From NCBI GenBank assembly GCA_024704765.1, contig JAKMXF010000222.1:682001-746000 (forward strand): 64,000 nucleotides of DNA, given 5' to 3'. The DNA comes from Oopsacas minuta (taxonomy: Eukaryota; Animalia; Porifera). Numbering within the stretch: position 1 is the first letter of the stretch; every line of letters begins with the position of its first letter. This document shows positions 26,901 through 40,346 of this stretch, piece by piece. The notes under the pieces were generated by a model. The model was not told the origin of the DNA and did no database searches. It saw only the letters and a list, made by a program, of their open reading frames with translations. A program made the translations under genes and the position numbers.

Positions 26901-27402
26901 AACTACTCTGAAAAGTGGTACGGAGTTCGTCGCATCAAACTTACGAGTATGTCACCCCTGACCTCATAAGATATGGAAACTTGATATGTAATCCTTTGGA
27001 ATTTTATTGAAAGGAGTGATTATTTAATTACTCGCCAAATTATGTGAATATTATACTTTAGAAAATTCATAACCCAGCTAAAATTCTCCAAACAAAAAAT
27101 GTACATTATATCAATTGTATTGTAATCAAATTTAAGATTTCGCAATGCAACATGGGCGTGCTAATGTTACACATCGGAGATGCTAATAGGGCCTACCTAT
27201 AAGAGCTGCACTAAGTATTCCATAATTCAACATTCTAGAAGATATGTTTTACGTGCGTAGTTTAAATTTCACAGCCACATATAAGCTATCGCAATAATGC
27301 GACAAAAGTTAACATCAATACAAACAACAGCTACAAAAATCATAAATGTAACTATTTCTGATATTTTTTTTTTCGGAGGTACGTTGTCCGAATTCACCTA
27401 AC

Positions 27403-27468
27403 AGCAACTGAGAAGAGTCGGTAGTTGTGCAGGTGCATCAAGTCCTGAAAGGCAATAGCGAGCGAAGC
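27403..27468 (-). CDS. ARHGAP35/ARHGAP5-like: Probable p190 exon just after FF4
   Basis: aatacag|gc...t|gttagg; (G)FARYCLSGLDAPAQLPTLLSC resembles p190B TKETCLSGQNCTDIKVEQLL; donor choice is uncertain. Confidence 0.45.
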
Positions 27469-27825
27469 CTGTATTTTTCATAAATCAAACTCGAAAATTA
27501 AAATCATATATACGCAAGTATGAAAGGTATGATTGAATTACATTTTACTTTGATATAAACAAAGAATACGAAAACCGATTTCTGTAACAAGTAGGGATCG
27601 ACCGGGGCCGGGCTGAAATATTATTAACCGGGACCGGGGTTAGAGTTGATAGTAAATAATGCAAGTTTACAGTTGTTTCTGTGCTAATTAGTAATATTAT
27701 TCACCTTATAAACCTATGCGCAAAGCTTCTTTAAAGTCAACAGCGTGAAAATATAGTCTACGTGAATAGAGTCGTAATTGTAATCAGATATCTGGGTTCT
27801 CAATACATAGAATCAATATAGTATA

Positions 27826-28741
27826 CAGTCAGGGGACAAAAGTATTCGAACACGCAAATATATTGTCATAAATTATATACTCTTTCCCGCTCCTATATAT
27901 TGTATAGTCTATATTCGTAGCTGCAATCTAGTAATTTGTATAGAATAATATATGTTTTACAAGAATTTCAAAAAAATATTTTCGATTTACACTTTTTGAA
28001 GGTGTTAATTATTAATAATTATTAGATAATTATTGATAATCAAAATTTGTGGTAATTCAAAGCCTATTAAGAATCTATAATTTCTGACTTGATATTTGAA
28101 TTCTACGTAGGCGAGTTATCCCAGATTGGAATTTCCAATCGGTTGAACAATTTTTACCAAAGTTATAGAAGAATTTCAATTTGTCCCACTTGTACCACTT
28201 TTTTCAAAAAGTGGCACAGGTGGCAGGAAAAAGCGCCACTACAAGGAAATCAACTAGGGTTAGGAGGAATAAGTCGAAGTAATATTTTCGAATGATATGA
28301 CTATGCTAACCCTTGAATTCCAAAATAACCTCTTGGTAGCGGCCACTTGTGCCACCTTGGGCAAAAGGTGGCACAAATGGCACAAATTGAAATTCTTCTA
28401 TAATTTTGGTAAAAATTGTTCAATCCGATTGGAAATTTCAATCTGGGGTAACTCGCCTACGTAGAATTCAAATATCAAGTCAGAAATTATAGATTCTTAA
28501 TAGGCTTTGAATTACCACATATTTTGATTATCAATAATTATCTAATAATTATTAATAATTAGCACCTTCAAAAAGTGTAAATCGAAAATATTTTTTTGAA
28601 ATTCTTGTAAAACATATATTATTCTATACAAATTACTAGATTGCAGCTACGAATATAGACTATACAATATATAGGAGCGGGAAAGAGTATATAATTTATG
28701 ACAATATATTTGCGTGTTCGAATACTTTTGTCCCCTGACTG
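27826..28741. mobile_element. 916-bp foldback, Tc1/mariner-type, nested in the hAT element
   Basis: TA|cagtcagggg...cccctgactg|TA; arms 27826-28184 and 28382-28741 are complementary with about 6 differences. Confidence 0.93.
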
Positions 28742-28833
28742 TATGTTGTTTGAAATAGTGTCAAAAGGTAATTATCATTGAATAATATAAATAATATATA
28801 CAATTGATTGTTTTAATTTAGTATTCATATCAA

Positions 28834-30845
28834 TTGCCAAAAGGTACGCATCTGAGGTCTGGAAATTTTATGATGTCGATTGTGCAGATGAATCAATTCG
28901 CCGATTGCAACATTTCTGTCTGTCACGGAAAAACGAGGAAGATACGAAGGGGTACTCATGGAGGTTCAAAAAAGTCTTTTACAACTAAATCGCTTTGGGG
29001 TCACTTGGAATCGTATCGCCCTGTCGAATACAAGGAGGCAATAATAATAATAAATGGTGATGAAGCAAAAAGATGCAAAAAAGATGAGGAGAATTCGGAG
29101 CAACAATCTATCTACATTTTGGCTACTCCAGGTTCACAAACCCAACATAGTCTAGAGGAAACATTCGAATTGAAAAAAAATGGCTACCCGATCACCTTGA
29201 TCAAAACAGGGAGAATTATTTTTAGCTGAATGATATGTGATTCACTTCTCCCTTACACTACAGTTGAAAACGAAATATTCAACGTTTTTATTAGTCATTT
29301 GAATCACAAATTCGATGTTCCAAGTGAAAAAGTGCTCCGCCAAAGGATTATTCCAGATATATACAGACGTGTACAATTCAATATCATGGAGCTGTTGCAC
29401 GATAATCTCGGAGACTTTTGTAGTGCAACGACTGATATTTGGACATCAAAGAGTCAACACGCTGCATTTCATCAACAAGAAAGGAGAGCGAAAAGCAGTT
29501 GTACTGCGTTGTTTTCCATATGATACATCACATACAGCTGATTCAATTGCAAAGGACGTTGCGCATGATCATATTTGATTGGAAATTAGAGGGAAAGCTC
29601 CACTTGATATTGCGAGGTAATGCCCTCAATATGGTGAATGCCATGGTTATCAACAACCAGGATAATGCAGGTTGTTTTTATATATGATACATCTAGTGGT
29701 GATGAATTCTATTTTTGAACAAAGTGGTGTCCAATCCATGATGGCCCGTGCCACCAAATTGATTTCATTTTTGGAAGAGTCCGAAGGCGATGGGAGTTCT
29801 CAGAGGTCATCAAGCAGATTACAATGGTGTTCCTGGATGCACTCTGATTTTAGGCGAGAAAACACGCTGGAGTTCTTACTATGCTATGTTAGTCCGGTTA
29901 ATTCAGCAGAAACGTGCTATTCGTTGCAGAGAAGATGATATCAATATTAATATAGAATACCAACTAACTGCAAATGACTAGAGGCTTATTCCCAAAGTAA
30001 TTCGTTTATTATAACCATTCGCCGATGCAACATTGGATGCAGAACACGAATATGCTTGCCATTCCATTCATCAAGAAAATATTTTATGGATAGAATGCTA
30101 TCGATGAATTTGGAATCCATACTAATAAAAAACGAAATGATCGTACAACTGCAACGTTATTTTAGGGGCTTGATCCCCGAGTGCATTTCGTTGATGTCGA
30201 AACAAGTGAAGTGCATGTACTAGCCACTCTTCTGGATCCTAGATATAAAACCAGTGGCTTTATGGACAAGGCGAAAGCAGAAGAGGCAAAGGGTAAATTA
30301 GCTAGTGTTGCTTCTAACATCTTTGAACGATCTTTGGCAGAAGGCAGTTTTCAAATTAACGCTGATTCCCCTGCAAAAAGTTGCTGGGATGCAATTTTAA
30401 GTGATTCAGATGGCCAATCCGATTCGGTTAATAATAATACTATTTGTGGTGAGGAAGATACGATCAGAAACGAAGTAAAACATGATATCTTGCACTACTT
30501 CGCTGACAAGAAACTTCACCGAGGCTAGATCTATTGTGGTACTGGCGTATGAACTTGAATCTGTATCCAATATTGTCTATACTTGCCTTTCAGTATTTGA
30601 GTCCACCTTGCGGATCAGTTCCAAGTGAACGAGAATTTAAAATGGCGGGTAAAATTTCTCAAAGCGATAGGATCCGTTTGCTCCCTCCTAACATAGAGAA
30701 GCTCTTGTTTCTCAAGTACAATCTTAGAGCGATTGGTTTTGGTTCATTCAAGCTACAGCAGCCACATCCTCAAGTTGTTCTTTCGAACCACAACTTAGAA
30801 GTTGAAGAAATTTGCGGGAACGAAGCAAGCTCACAAACACATTAG
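28834..30845 (+). pseudogene. Fragmented BED-finger hAT transposase
   Basis: SEVW and LWGHL (BED finger), TTDIWTS, TRWSSYYAML, ATLLDPRYK, PPCGSVPSEREF...RLLPPNIEKLLFLKYN; many frameshifts and stops; DNA motif reads GNA and CxxH reads CFLY. Confidence 0.92.
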
Positions 30846-31855
30846 AATCTTTGTTAGTACAAGTAGTTGATAGTGATAGACTGATAGCATAGTAAGATGA
30901 ATTATATCTTTTTAAAACTAACTAGTCCCCGGCAAGGTTCGGAACTTTAGGCCGGGGCCGGGTGACCGGTCGATCCCTAGTAACAAGGTCATAGATCCTT
31001 AAAATATGGGTGATGTAGTGAATAGAAAATGAATACATTGCTAGGTGGTTACTCATAAATCATCTCCCTTTACTTTAAGATGTTAACTTACCAATGCACC
31101 CTAAATTTGAAATTGAAAATTTAATTTAATTTCAATTGAAAGTATGATGCTGCTGGCATTTTTCTATTTATAGTAAATCCCAGATGCTAGCGTGGATAAA
31201 TCAATATAAGATTCATTTAGCACAACCTTATAAAAGAAATTTTAAGGAATGAAAGAACAAACAATAATTACCATCATCTTGGAGCTCTGTATCATGTAGA
31301 ATATCAGGGATGAATAATATCTTTAACATTGTCTGTAGTAATTCTATGTCTTCTAGCTTCGATATAAAGCACACACATGCTAGAAAAAAATTACCGATAA
31401 ATTGTTATATCATGATTAGAAGACAAGACAGGAAGATAAAAGACACAATTGGTAGTAGCATTGTCAGAATGGTGAAAATATATATTTTTATGTCAAAAGA
31501 TTTGTTAGATCAAGTACTTAATTCAAAATTAAAAGTATAATTAATACAACAGCGTAACCATATTACGAGTAGCCTGAAAATGTCTAACAAAAGAATAAGA
31601 ATTTGTCCTACAACCCAGTTCAGAATCTGTCTTACCGACCATTCAGGTCTGGAGTTTGTTCTACAAACTAATTTGAAATTTGTCCTACAATCCAGTGGCG
31701 TTTCTCTATATTTAACATTAGAGCGATTATTTAATATTGCTAATATAATTGGTGAGAAAGAGAATGAAGAATATAATTTAAATACAAAATAGTAATAATA
31801 TACAATGAAGATGAAGAATTGTAAATTGGCGAAAGTACACAACTTTGATTTATTG

Positions 31856-32023
31856 CAAGGTTGCAACCGAATATTATTTGGCGAATAGTTCAATATTCGG
31901 TATTCGGTTGGCCCAAGCCAAATAATATCAGTTGCATTCGGCTGATTTAACCGAATATTATCAGTATTCGGTTAGTCTACTATTCATGAATACTAATAAT
32001 CGGTTCGAGCGGTTTCAACCTCG
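31856..32023. mobile_element. hAT-type MITE (accgaata subterminal repeats)
   Basis: TIR caaggttgcaaccg / cggtttcaacctcg; perfect TSD atttattg. Confidence 0.88.
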
Positions 32024-33925
32024 ATTTATTGATAAACTTTCAAAACACCATCAATTTTGTTCCCACAAATTGGTAATTGGCTTTTAGTTCAAAATAAAAG
32101 ATTTGCGCATGTATGACAGAAGCCTGCATGAACGTATTGATCGTGTAAAAGGGCAAGATATTCTGAACTGGATAATAAACAAACATGACAATGATAATTA
32201 TTCAGTACATCATTTGTGGGATCTGATGAGATGCTAGAAATAAAGTACATAGGTACTGTTAAGGTATCTGGGTATTAATTCGAAATACCAATTGTCATTG
32301 CAATTAAATCAAGATATTCGAATATAATGTAAATGTCTGATTGAGAAAGTTTTCTCAAAATTGTTATGCGGATGGTTTTTGACTTTGTTATGGAGTTAGT
32401 TGCTCTAGTAATCTCTTCAACTCTGGATATCCTTTCCAATTCAGTATCATAATCAGAGATCACATTATTCAGACTTACAATAAATTCCATATAATGGGGT
32501 GAGGTATATCGAAATAATGAGTAGATGCACATACTCTCCTATAAATTGAATGTATCTAACTAATTCAAGAAAATACCCCCTTCAACACTTTCTAGCGATT
32601 CAAAAGTCACTAGTTCTCAAGTAGGGGACTTGCACAAACATCCGGCGAACACTCAGGGCCCAGATGGACAAAATGCAACGTTCAAACATTTGAAAAGCAG
32701 TAGAACAAATACCAAAATACGAGTAGGATATTTTCCAACTTTTGAAAATTCACAGGAGAAATCTAAAATACGAGTAGGACCAATTAGGCGTTCCTGATGT
32801 ATTTGTAAAGTAGCTTAAGTCTAAAAAATGGTATAATCATGCATTTTTACATTTTTCACACTTTCTGAGGTTGTTCCTCAACAAATAATCCACTTTTGGA
32901 TATAGTGCCAACTTCAATTTCCATCGTGTCGGCCACAATTGAACAATTAAGCGATACATTTTGAAGGTGTTAAAATCCAGCTAACGGCCACAATTGAATT
33001 TAATCCACTTTTATAAGCATATTTATGATCAGTGTAAAATTCCCCTAGTTCAAGTGGTCACTTCAAGACCTTTTGTCCATAGCAACTCAAAAATGTCTCT
33101 GGAAGGGGGCAACTTCCATTCTCAAAATTTATCCTAATCTTATCGAGTGGCCCCTTGTTCGACGCCGCTTGACTGATTATAAGAATATTAGCCCTCTAAC
33201 TTGTCATCTGACGCGATTTTGCTGAATTGTCATATTTTCAAATGTACCCACTAAGTATTCTTATGTGTCATTCTGATATTTGATACATTTTTGGGTTAAA
33301 TAATATATAATTATAATTAGAGTATTAGACTATCATGAATCTCAAGTCTCAACACCGAACTATCTCCTCTAGGTTAGACTTAGCGGCCACTTAAAAAACA
33401 ATCCCTACCATTTCCCATTATAAAAACTTCTGTATAGCGGCCATCTGCTCTACGCATCCAGTAGCCATCATTATTAGACTTCTACTGACACTAAACCTGT
33501 CTACTAGGGGCACATCTACATACAGACTGTTCATTTATCTAACTTCCATTCTAAAAAAAATTCACCTCCTATAAATTCCACCTTTGACAAGGGTGATGGC
33601 CAGGCCCCGATAAACCTATAAGCTAACTAAGCCATGGTTTAGGACCCCAACCTTAGGGGGCCCCACCAGTGGCGAATCCCATAGGGAGATAGGGGATGTA
33701 TACCCCCTCAGAATATTTATACACTATCTGGAATGTCCGTAATATTCGATCGTTATGTTTTTGAATTCAAATTACAAACAGTAAATTTTTGGGCTCGCTT
33801 GGCTCACATTCTCCATTTCATGTCACATAACCCAAATCTCAGGTATATATATTGTATATACCCTCGTTAATACCTTGAATTGATCTACGGACTGAGGGTA
33901 ATGGGGCAGTAACAGTATGTATGAG

Positions 33926-34299
33926 CAGAGCATTAAGCGCTCCTCTATTTTGGACCGCGCTCACTACTCAGAAAAGGAGCGCACTCGGGCTCCAATCGCG
34001 CTCCAATTCATTCTTTCTTATTTACATTAGATTTGTATTGTAAGTAACCAGGATGGAATTTAACTATTGTACATTCCGGAAATTGCTATTTTTGCAACGT
34101 CAAACCATTTCAATAAACTGTGAATTTTACAAAAGTATCCTAGCATCCACTTTTCTACGAGGAATACTGAATTTTATGCAGAATAACGATGAAATTTGCA
34201 AATTGTTTGTAATTAAACAGCAGCGTGCTCCTTCAAAATTGAGCGCTCTCCAGCTTCCGCTCCTGGATCATTTATTGAGCGGGCTCATTTGATGCTCTG
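33926..34299. mobile_element. hAT-type MITE (gagc/gctc repeats)
   Basis: TIR cagagcattaa / ttgatgctctg; flanks tgtatgag / tgcatggg (6/8). Confidence 0.7.
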
Positions 34300-36139
34300 T
34301 GCATGGGTATGAAAGTCATGTAACAGTATAAAGGGAACTAATTTCATATGTACTAATTATAGGTGTCTTATTGGGGCTGCGCCACTAGATCCCATTAGGG
34401 GACCACCCCAGAACACTGATGGATGATTATCCCCACCAGAAATTCCCAGCTCAGCTACTGGCCCTCAACTTAAGGAAAACTACCTTTTCGGGACTTATGT
34501 ATCTGGGGCTCTTATTGGGTTGCATGAAGTATGTTAATAATGGCTGGCTCTAAACTGTTTCAAATTCGAAATTAGTAGTCATCAATTGTTCACTTGAATT
34601 TGTTACGATATGTCAGTGCATTCAAATTGCGTTGGGGCCCAATCAATAAATTGGGCTTAGAGGCCTCACTTTCCTTAATCCGGAAATGTACTCCTAGATC
34701 CTATAGTAGTCTTTCAATGCATTTCACTAATCCGCACAAATTATTTTGTACTCGGATCAGTGCTGTTCGAATGAACCAGAATGCACTGAGTACGAATTTA
34801 TCACCGTAAGAGTTAAAGGAATTTTCTCATTTTCGAAAAGATTGTTTTCAATTAAGCGACAGAGGCCCCACTCAATCCCCCAAATAAGCGCTTTCCAAAA
34901 TCTTTTGGGAAACACTTGATAATATAGCAAAGTTTTACAATGTGTGCGCGGTTTCCGCAATCATATGCGTTGGTAATACATTTAAGGAGAATATTTGAAA
35001 AATTTACGTGTTTGGACCATAAGTAATATTCGAAATGGTGCTGAGTAAAACATATGCAGGCGAGTAGCTAACATAGGGCACAGGAGAACGTGTACCCCAG
35101 GCCCCCATCAAAGGAGAGGATGGTCGCTCCCCCTAAAACAACGACTTATTGATCGATCCTGAGTTACCCCTTTTCCTTAGATTATGCGTACATCTACTTG
35201 TACAATATAACTTATCTTAAGACATCTAAGATGGTTGGCTGAACTTAGGGATCGACCCGGAATCCCGGTTGTTGTAGGGATATGGCCATTTTTCCGGGAT
35301 CGCCTTATTGTCCAAGGATAGATCCGTGAAATTATAACATCTTTATGATGAACCGCCGTATAAACAATGTTTATTCAAACTCCTATTTATGGTCAAAGGT
35401 TTTAATCGACCCTTCACCGTTACTTTTCAGGTATTTCTTTGCACTAGTAGTTTGAATTCCAGCTACCCTTTTGGAACCTAACCGTATTTCTAACCTGAGA
35501 ATTTCGGTCAATTTCCTATAGTTCACAACTTATTTAATGAATAATTCCTAGGTCAAATCCCCAACCCCCCCTAGGCAGCTCACTACGTTCGCTTTTTGTA
35601 CATACTTTATAACGCTATGGGTAGGCTACTGAAATGAGTTGTAAGTTCTGTAATCCGAGTTCCTTTCTACGGACAAAATTGTATAGTAGATACGCGTAAT
35701 AGAGCCACCGTCTATAAAGCCGCTTGGCCAGAAACAGAACAATATAAATAGTGTTAACCATAGCCTACTCTAAATAAGGCCTAACAGTAACTTGTGGATT
35801 TAGGACCAGGGATGCGTAAGTCGAGGTAACTATCAAAAATAGTAAACTAGTTTCTGTTTCATAGCCAAGATTTGAATTCTACTCTTGTTATGCAAAATTA
35901 AATTATCTTTGGCTCCCATGAATATGCTTTCATGGTAGAAATAGGAACAAGTATGAATTATTGAGTGATAATTAATATAATAAATAATAAAGACAATCAA
36001 TTTCGCAAGAGTGGCCTAGTGGAAACGTTAAATCCTCATTGTTCGCTATGCAACAAGTTTTGCGAACTTAAGTAGTTATATAGGGTATCATGCCTTTCGT
36101 AGATTTTGCAGATTTTACTTAGTATTGAAGTAGGAATGG

Positions 36140-37940
36140 CGGACACATCGTAGCCGGACATTTCGTCGCCTGGACAATTCGTAGTGAGACATTTTCGTAG
36201 AATATTTAATCCATTGAGAGTAAGTCCATTGGTTCATTTGGTTGTTATAATAGATCAGACCGACCAGAAACCAGATTAAATCCATTTTGAAGAACTGTTA
36301 TGAAGTCAAAAATCAAATAGGTTAACGAAACATCAACTTATAAGATTTCAATAATTTATGATCGATTTAAATAAATACGTGAGAACAAGTTGATACATGA
36401 AATAAGTCTTTGTTCGTAATATCATGCTAAACCTTTCAAAATTGAATTACTCAAGACGAGTAAAAATAAGGAAAGGCTTGAATTGAAAGGTTTATATATA
36501 TACTCTTAGTAATACTATCCAACATTATCACATTAGGTTTGAGAAAATCGTGCAACCTGTGAGGAAAGCATATCTACAAATGATGTGAATGGCGTCAAAC
36601 CTGCAAGCATTGCAGATATACATTCGTCTCATACTCAAAGTCCAAATAAGTCCAGAATTGAAATGATAAAAAGCGTCTCTATAATGAAGGGTCGAGCGGC
36701 TATTCTGAAGAAAGTACAAGATTGATATTGGCAAGTGGGATTGGAACAATTACCGATTCAGCTTTCTAGTCTAGTGAAATTTGATTCTCTAAAACGGACA
36801 ATCAGTCGTCAAAAATCTGGTAACGAAAATTTTAAAATCTCAACGTCTGCTGAAGATATAATTATCTCTGAAAAATTCAGAATAACAGTGTAAGGACAAA
36901 ATGAATTATTTCTATTATTTAATTTAGGGATTGGCGATATGAATAGAATCTTTGGTACTCGCCAAATGCTTTCACTTTTGAGTTATTCGAGCAATTGGTT
37001 CGCAGATGACACTATTAGGGATGTTGCCAAGTCAATTCTTCCAACTCTACACCATTCACTGTGAAAAGATGGTTATATAATACTCAGTTTATAAGAACCT
37101 TTGACAAATAAAAGGGAAAAGAAATAGTAAACTCTTTAGATATCTAATTGACATAGAACCAGCCCTAAACCCATCTCATATAATGATCGATTTTGAAAGA
37201 GCTGTACTCAATTCATTAGAAGAAAACTTCATTTCCACAATATCTGGTTGCTTTTTCACTTAGCGAAAAATATATACCGCCAAATTTAGTCAAAAGGATT
37301 AGTAGCAAGATATCTAGAAGATGAAGAGTTCTCAATCTGGATGAAAATGTTACCAAGGCTTGCGTACGTCCCGGAAAATGATGTAAATTATTGTTTTTTG
37401 ATAATCAGGGCAAATTTTTCAAATTCAGCTATAGAAATCGCTGAATATTTCGAAGTTACAGAGCCAAAGATTACAACCTTTGCCAATAAGGATATGGAAT
37501 ATGCATCATCGAGTCTCCTCTAAATTAGCAAGAACCAACAATGTAATAGAAGGATGGCAAATTGCCTTCAAATAAGTAATAAATTGCCACCATACAGGTT
37601 TCGTGAAGCCAATAACGCATATACAAAGAGAACAATTATTATGTATAATTATAGGAAGCTATATTAGTCAATGGGATACAGGAGAAATTCCCAAAACTTC
37701 AAAACTTAGTGCGGGAGACATGAAAGGATTTTAAGTCCTTTCGCAAATTATGACAATAGAGAAACTCTTTCGTATGTAAGAGGAATCGCGTACAACTTTC
37801 AATTTTAACTTTCATCTCTCAAATATAATACAGCATAAATTAACCTAGTGATCGTATAACTTAGTTTATTGTTTAAAATTTCAGGTAACATCATGATCGC
37901 TGAATTTCCTCATTAAATATACAGGCAACGAATTGTTAGT
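36140..37940 (+). mobile_element. Degenerate Mutator-like (MULE) element; boundaries approximate
   Basis: Left gacatttcgtcgcctg motif with an inverted match caggcaacgaattgt near 37922; transposase remnant inside. Confidence 0.55.
36450..37808 (+). pseudogene. MULE transposase pseudogene
   Basis: Translated fragments SLKRTISRQK, WFADDT, IMIDFERAVLN, SGCFF(H), MKMLPRLAYVPE, YVRGIAYNF; many stops and frameshifts. Confidence 0.8.
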
Positions 37941-38214
37941 GTTAGAGATAAGATTGAAGAGTTAGAATTTGTATTGATGTTAGAGTATTGAATCGCATTC
38001 TGAAGCACTATAGCATACAAGTAAGCGATTACAGGAGGACACAAAGCTGTCTCTGGGCACATGCTCTAAGCTGTATGCATCACTTGACAATATTCTCGTA
38101 GAAATCCGTGACAGTTACCAAACTGCAACGAACAAAAAAGTTATGTTGGTGATGGTATTATCAAATGCAGATGATACTCTGCTGCCACGATAAAAATTCA
38201 GTTTCACATTATAT

Positions 38215-38493
38215 GTGCCAATAATTGAAGCACTACAAGTTAACCTCCAGAATAGGGCTGAGGCTTACCACAAGGTGGCAGAGGCATTTGACTTCTTCAC
38301 TGATACTCAATTGTTGAGAAAGAAAGTTGAAACATTAGCGGAGATTTACTCAGATGATGTCAACAATAATCTTATACCAGAAGTGCACTATTTCCCCTCA
38401 TACATCAATAAGAACACATTAACCGAAGAAATCAGCTACCAAGGAGAGCTGTATTATACCATTAAAATAAAAAAATATAGCTCTTTAAAATGA
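38215..38493 (+). pseudogene. hAT (ZMYM1-like) transposase fragment
   Basis: PIIEALQVNLQNRAEAY..V.EAFDFF...LAEIYSDDV..NLIPEVHYF resembles the insertion-domain region of this hAT subgroup. Confidence 0.6.
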
Positions 38494-38576
38494 GGCACTA
38501 AGCTGTCGCCCAGCAGCCTAGAAAGCGAAGCGCGTTAGTCTATCCTATTTAAACACAATTGATCTCTACGTGTATA

Positions 38577-39585
38577 TGTTACAGTCAATGTGTAAAATCA
38601 GTCAATTTACAAATTGACTGAATCATTGGTCGGTTTTTTGACAGATTGACTGAAAACATATTACGAATTTCAAATCAATAAAGTAGTGAATAAATGGGAA
38701 ATCTTGCAATTTATTGCTATTCCAAAACATATACGTCTACTCAACTTAAGAATTGAAAGTGTATAAGAGAAACCTGACTCAAAGTAGTGTATCCTCAATA
38801 ACAACATATCAAAGGGTAGCATCTATCGACGTGAAATATTCTGGAGTATAAAAGGCAAGGTAATATGAACACCCCCATAACTCTAAAAGATGTCGGACAC
38901 TAAGGAACAGTCTTTCCGTGAGGAGATGTTGAAACGAAAAAGCTCCGATGCCAAATCATTATTGATGACCAAACACGAGCATTTTTTGTTGCTTGAAGAG
39001 GTCAAAGTTGCATCTGACATCGCAAAGAAGTCCAACAGGCAGTACTATATCCTTGGCAGGTATGTGAACAAATAGAGGTCATCCTCGAAACATAATGGGT
39101 GTAATTCTGGAAAGAAATGAAAATGACATGTACCGTATAGCAGTCCGTACAGGAATCCTGAAAGGATCCTACAGCCGAAATCGGTTTGATTTGTGTTCCC
39201 ATCCGCTACACAGTGTGAACGATTTCACCACAGACAAAGAAATAGGCCTACGACAAGCTGTTCAACAAGGGTCTAAGTGTGGTGGACAAGGGTTTGCCAA
39301 GTGTAACTGTACACAAAGTGGCAAACAATGCAAATCAAACAAATGTAAATGTTTCAAGGCTGGACTTAAATGTAATAGCAAGTGTCACGCGAGCATGACC
39401 TGCCCAACAAGATCTGAATGAGAACGATATATGAACTATTTAGTCAGTATGCTGTAATCACATGCTTTTAATAGATATTGATATCAATTAATTAAATTCG
39501 TAATACGTTTCAGTCAATCTGTCAAAAAAACGACCAATGATTCAGTCAATTTTAAATTGACTGATTTTACACATTGACTGTAACA
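38577..39585 (+). mobile_element. Internally deleted Ginger-like (KRABA2/SCAND3-type integrase) transposon
   Basis: TGT...ACA termini; about 90-bp TIRs rich in cagtcaat/attgactg; 4-bp flanks tata / taca. Confidence 0.8.
38890..39421 (+). pseudogene. N-terminus and Cys-rich C-terminus of a Ginger-type transposase; integrase core deleted
   Basis: ORF 38890 ends QYYILGRY; the out-of-frame ORF has PRNIMGVIL...GILKGSYSRNRFDLC and CNCTQSGKQCKSNKCKCFKAGLKCNSKCH. Confidence 0.85.
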
Positions 39586-40162
39586 TACATATATATATTT
39601 ATAGTAGACCCTCGATTATCCAACACCTCGGTTGTCCGAACAGCTGGAAGAACATTTAGATGTGAAAATGATACAAATCAAATCTCAGAAGGAGCTCAGG
39701 TAACTTTAGCACTAGATTTTCGGATATGGTCATTTTAAGCACATGTTGGCTTAAATTTGCCTTCAAACATTAAAATTACAAAATTATTTTCATATACCGG
39801 GTATACTCAGGATTGCGTGCCTCAAGTGTATAAAATGTGAGAAATTTTAAGATTTTGTTATTCATGGTCCGTCCTAATTGCATTTAAAGACCTTATGTGG
39901 TAATAATGAAGTTGCTACGTGGCTTTTGGTTAGGAATCTTGGCACTATGTACCTCGAGTATTATGAAATTCTCGAATTTGATGTTTTGGTACAATCATGA
40001 TGACAAAATAATCTCATAATGAGATAGCTTTTGGCCAAAACATGACGTCAGGACATTTTGTATATTGAGCGGTACTTATGATTCAAATTTCAAACTTCTA
40101 CTATATATATTGGCTGTAATAATATGATAATTCAAAATAAAATGATGACAATTGCATCATAT

Positions 40163-40346
40163 CAAGGTTGAAACCGCTCGAACCGAATATCAGTATTCAT
40201 GAATAGTAGCCTAACTGCATACTAATATTATTCGGTTTGCCCAACCGAATACTGATATATTCAGTTAAATCAACCAAATACTACTGATGATATTCGGTTT
40301 GGGCCAACCGAATACCGAATATTAAACTATTCGGTTTGTAACCTTG
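40163..40346. mobile_element. hAT-type MITE, same family as 31856-32023, inserted in a family A copy
   Basis: TIR caaggttgaaaccg / cggtttgtaaccttg; perfect TSD catcatat. Confidence 0.9.

Larger units (their letters stand above)
27592..30979 (+). mobile_element. Full-length hAT (Ac/ZBED-type) DNA transposon, defective
   Basis: TIR tagggatcgaccgg / ccggtcgatcccta; perfect 8-bp TSD gtaacaag at 27584-27591 and 30980-30987. Confidence 0.95.

Noticed and set aside
32226-32290. CTGATGA...GAAA as a possible hammerhead ribozyme core
   Set aside because: Stem II and the flanking stems cannot be formed
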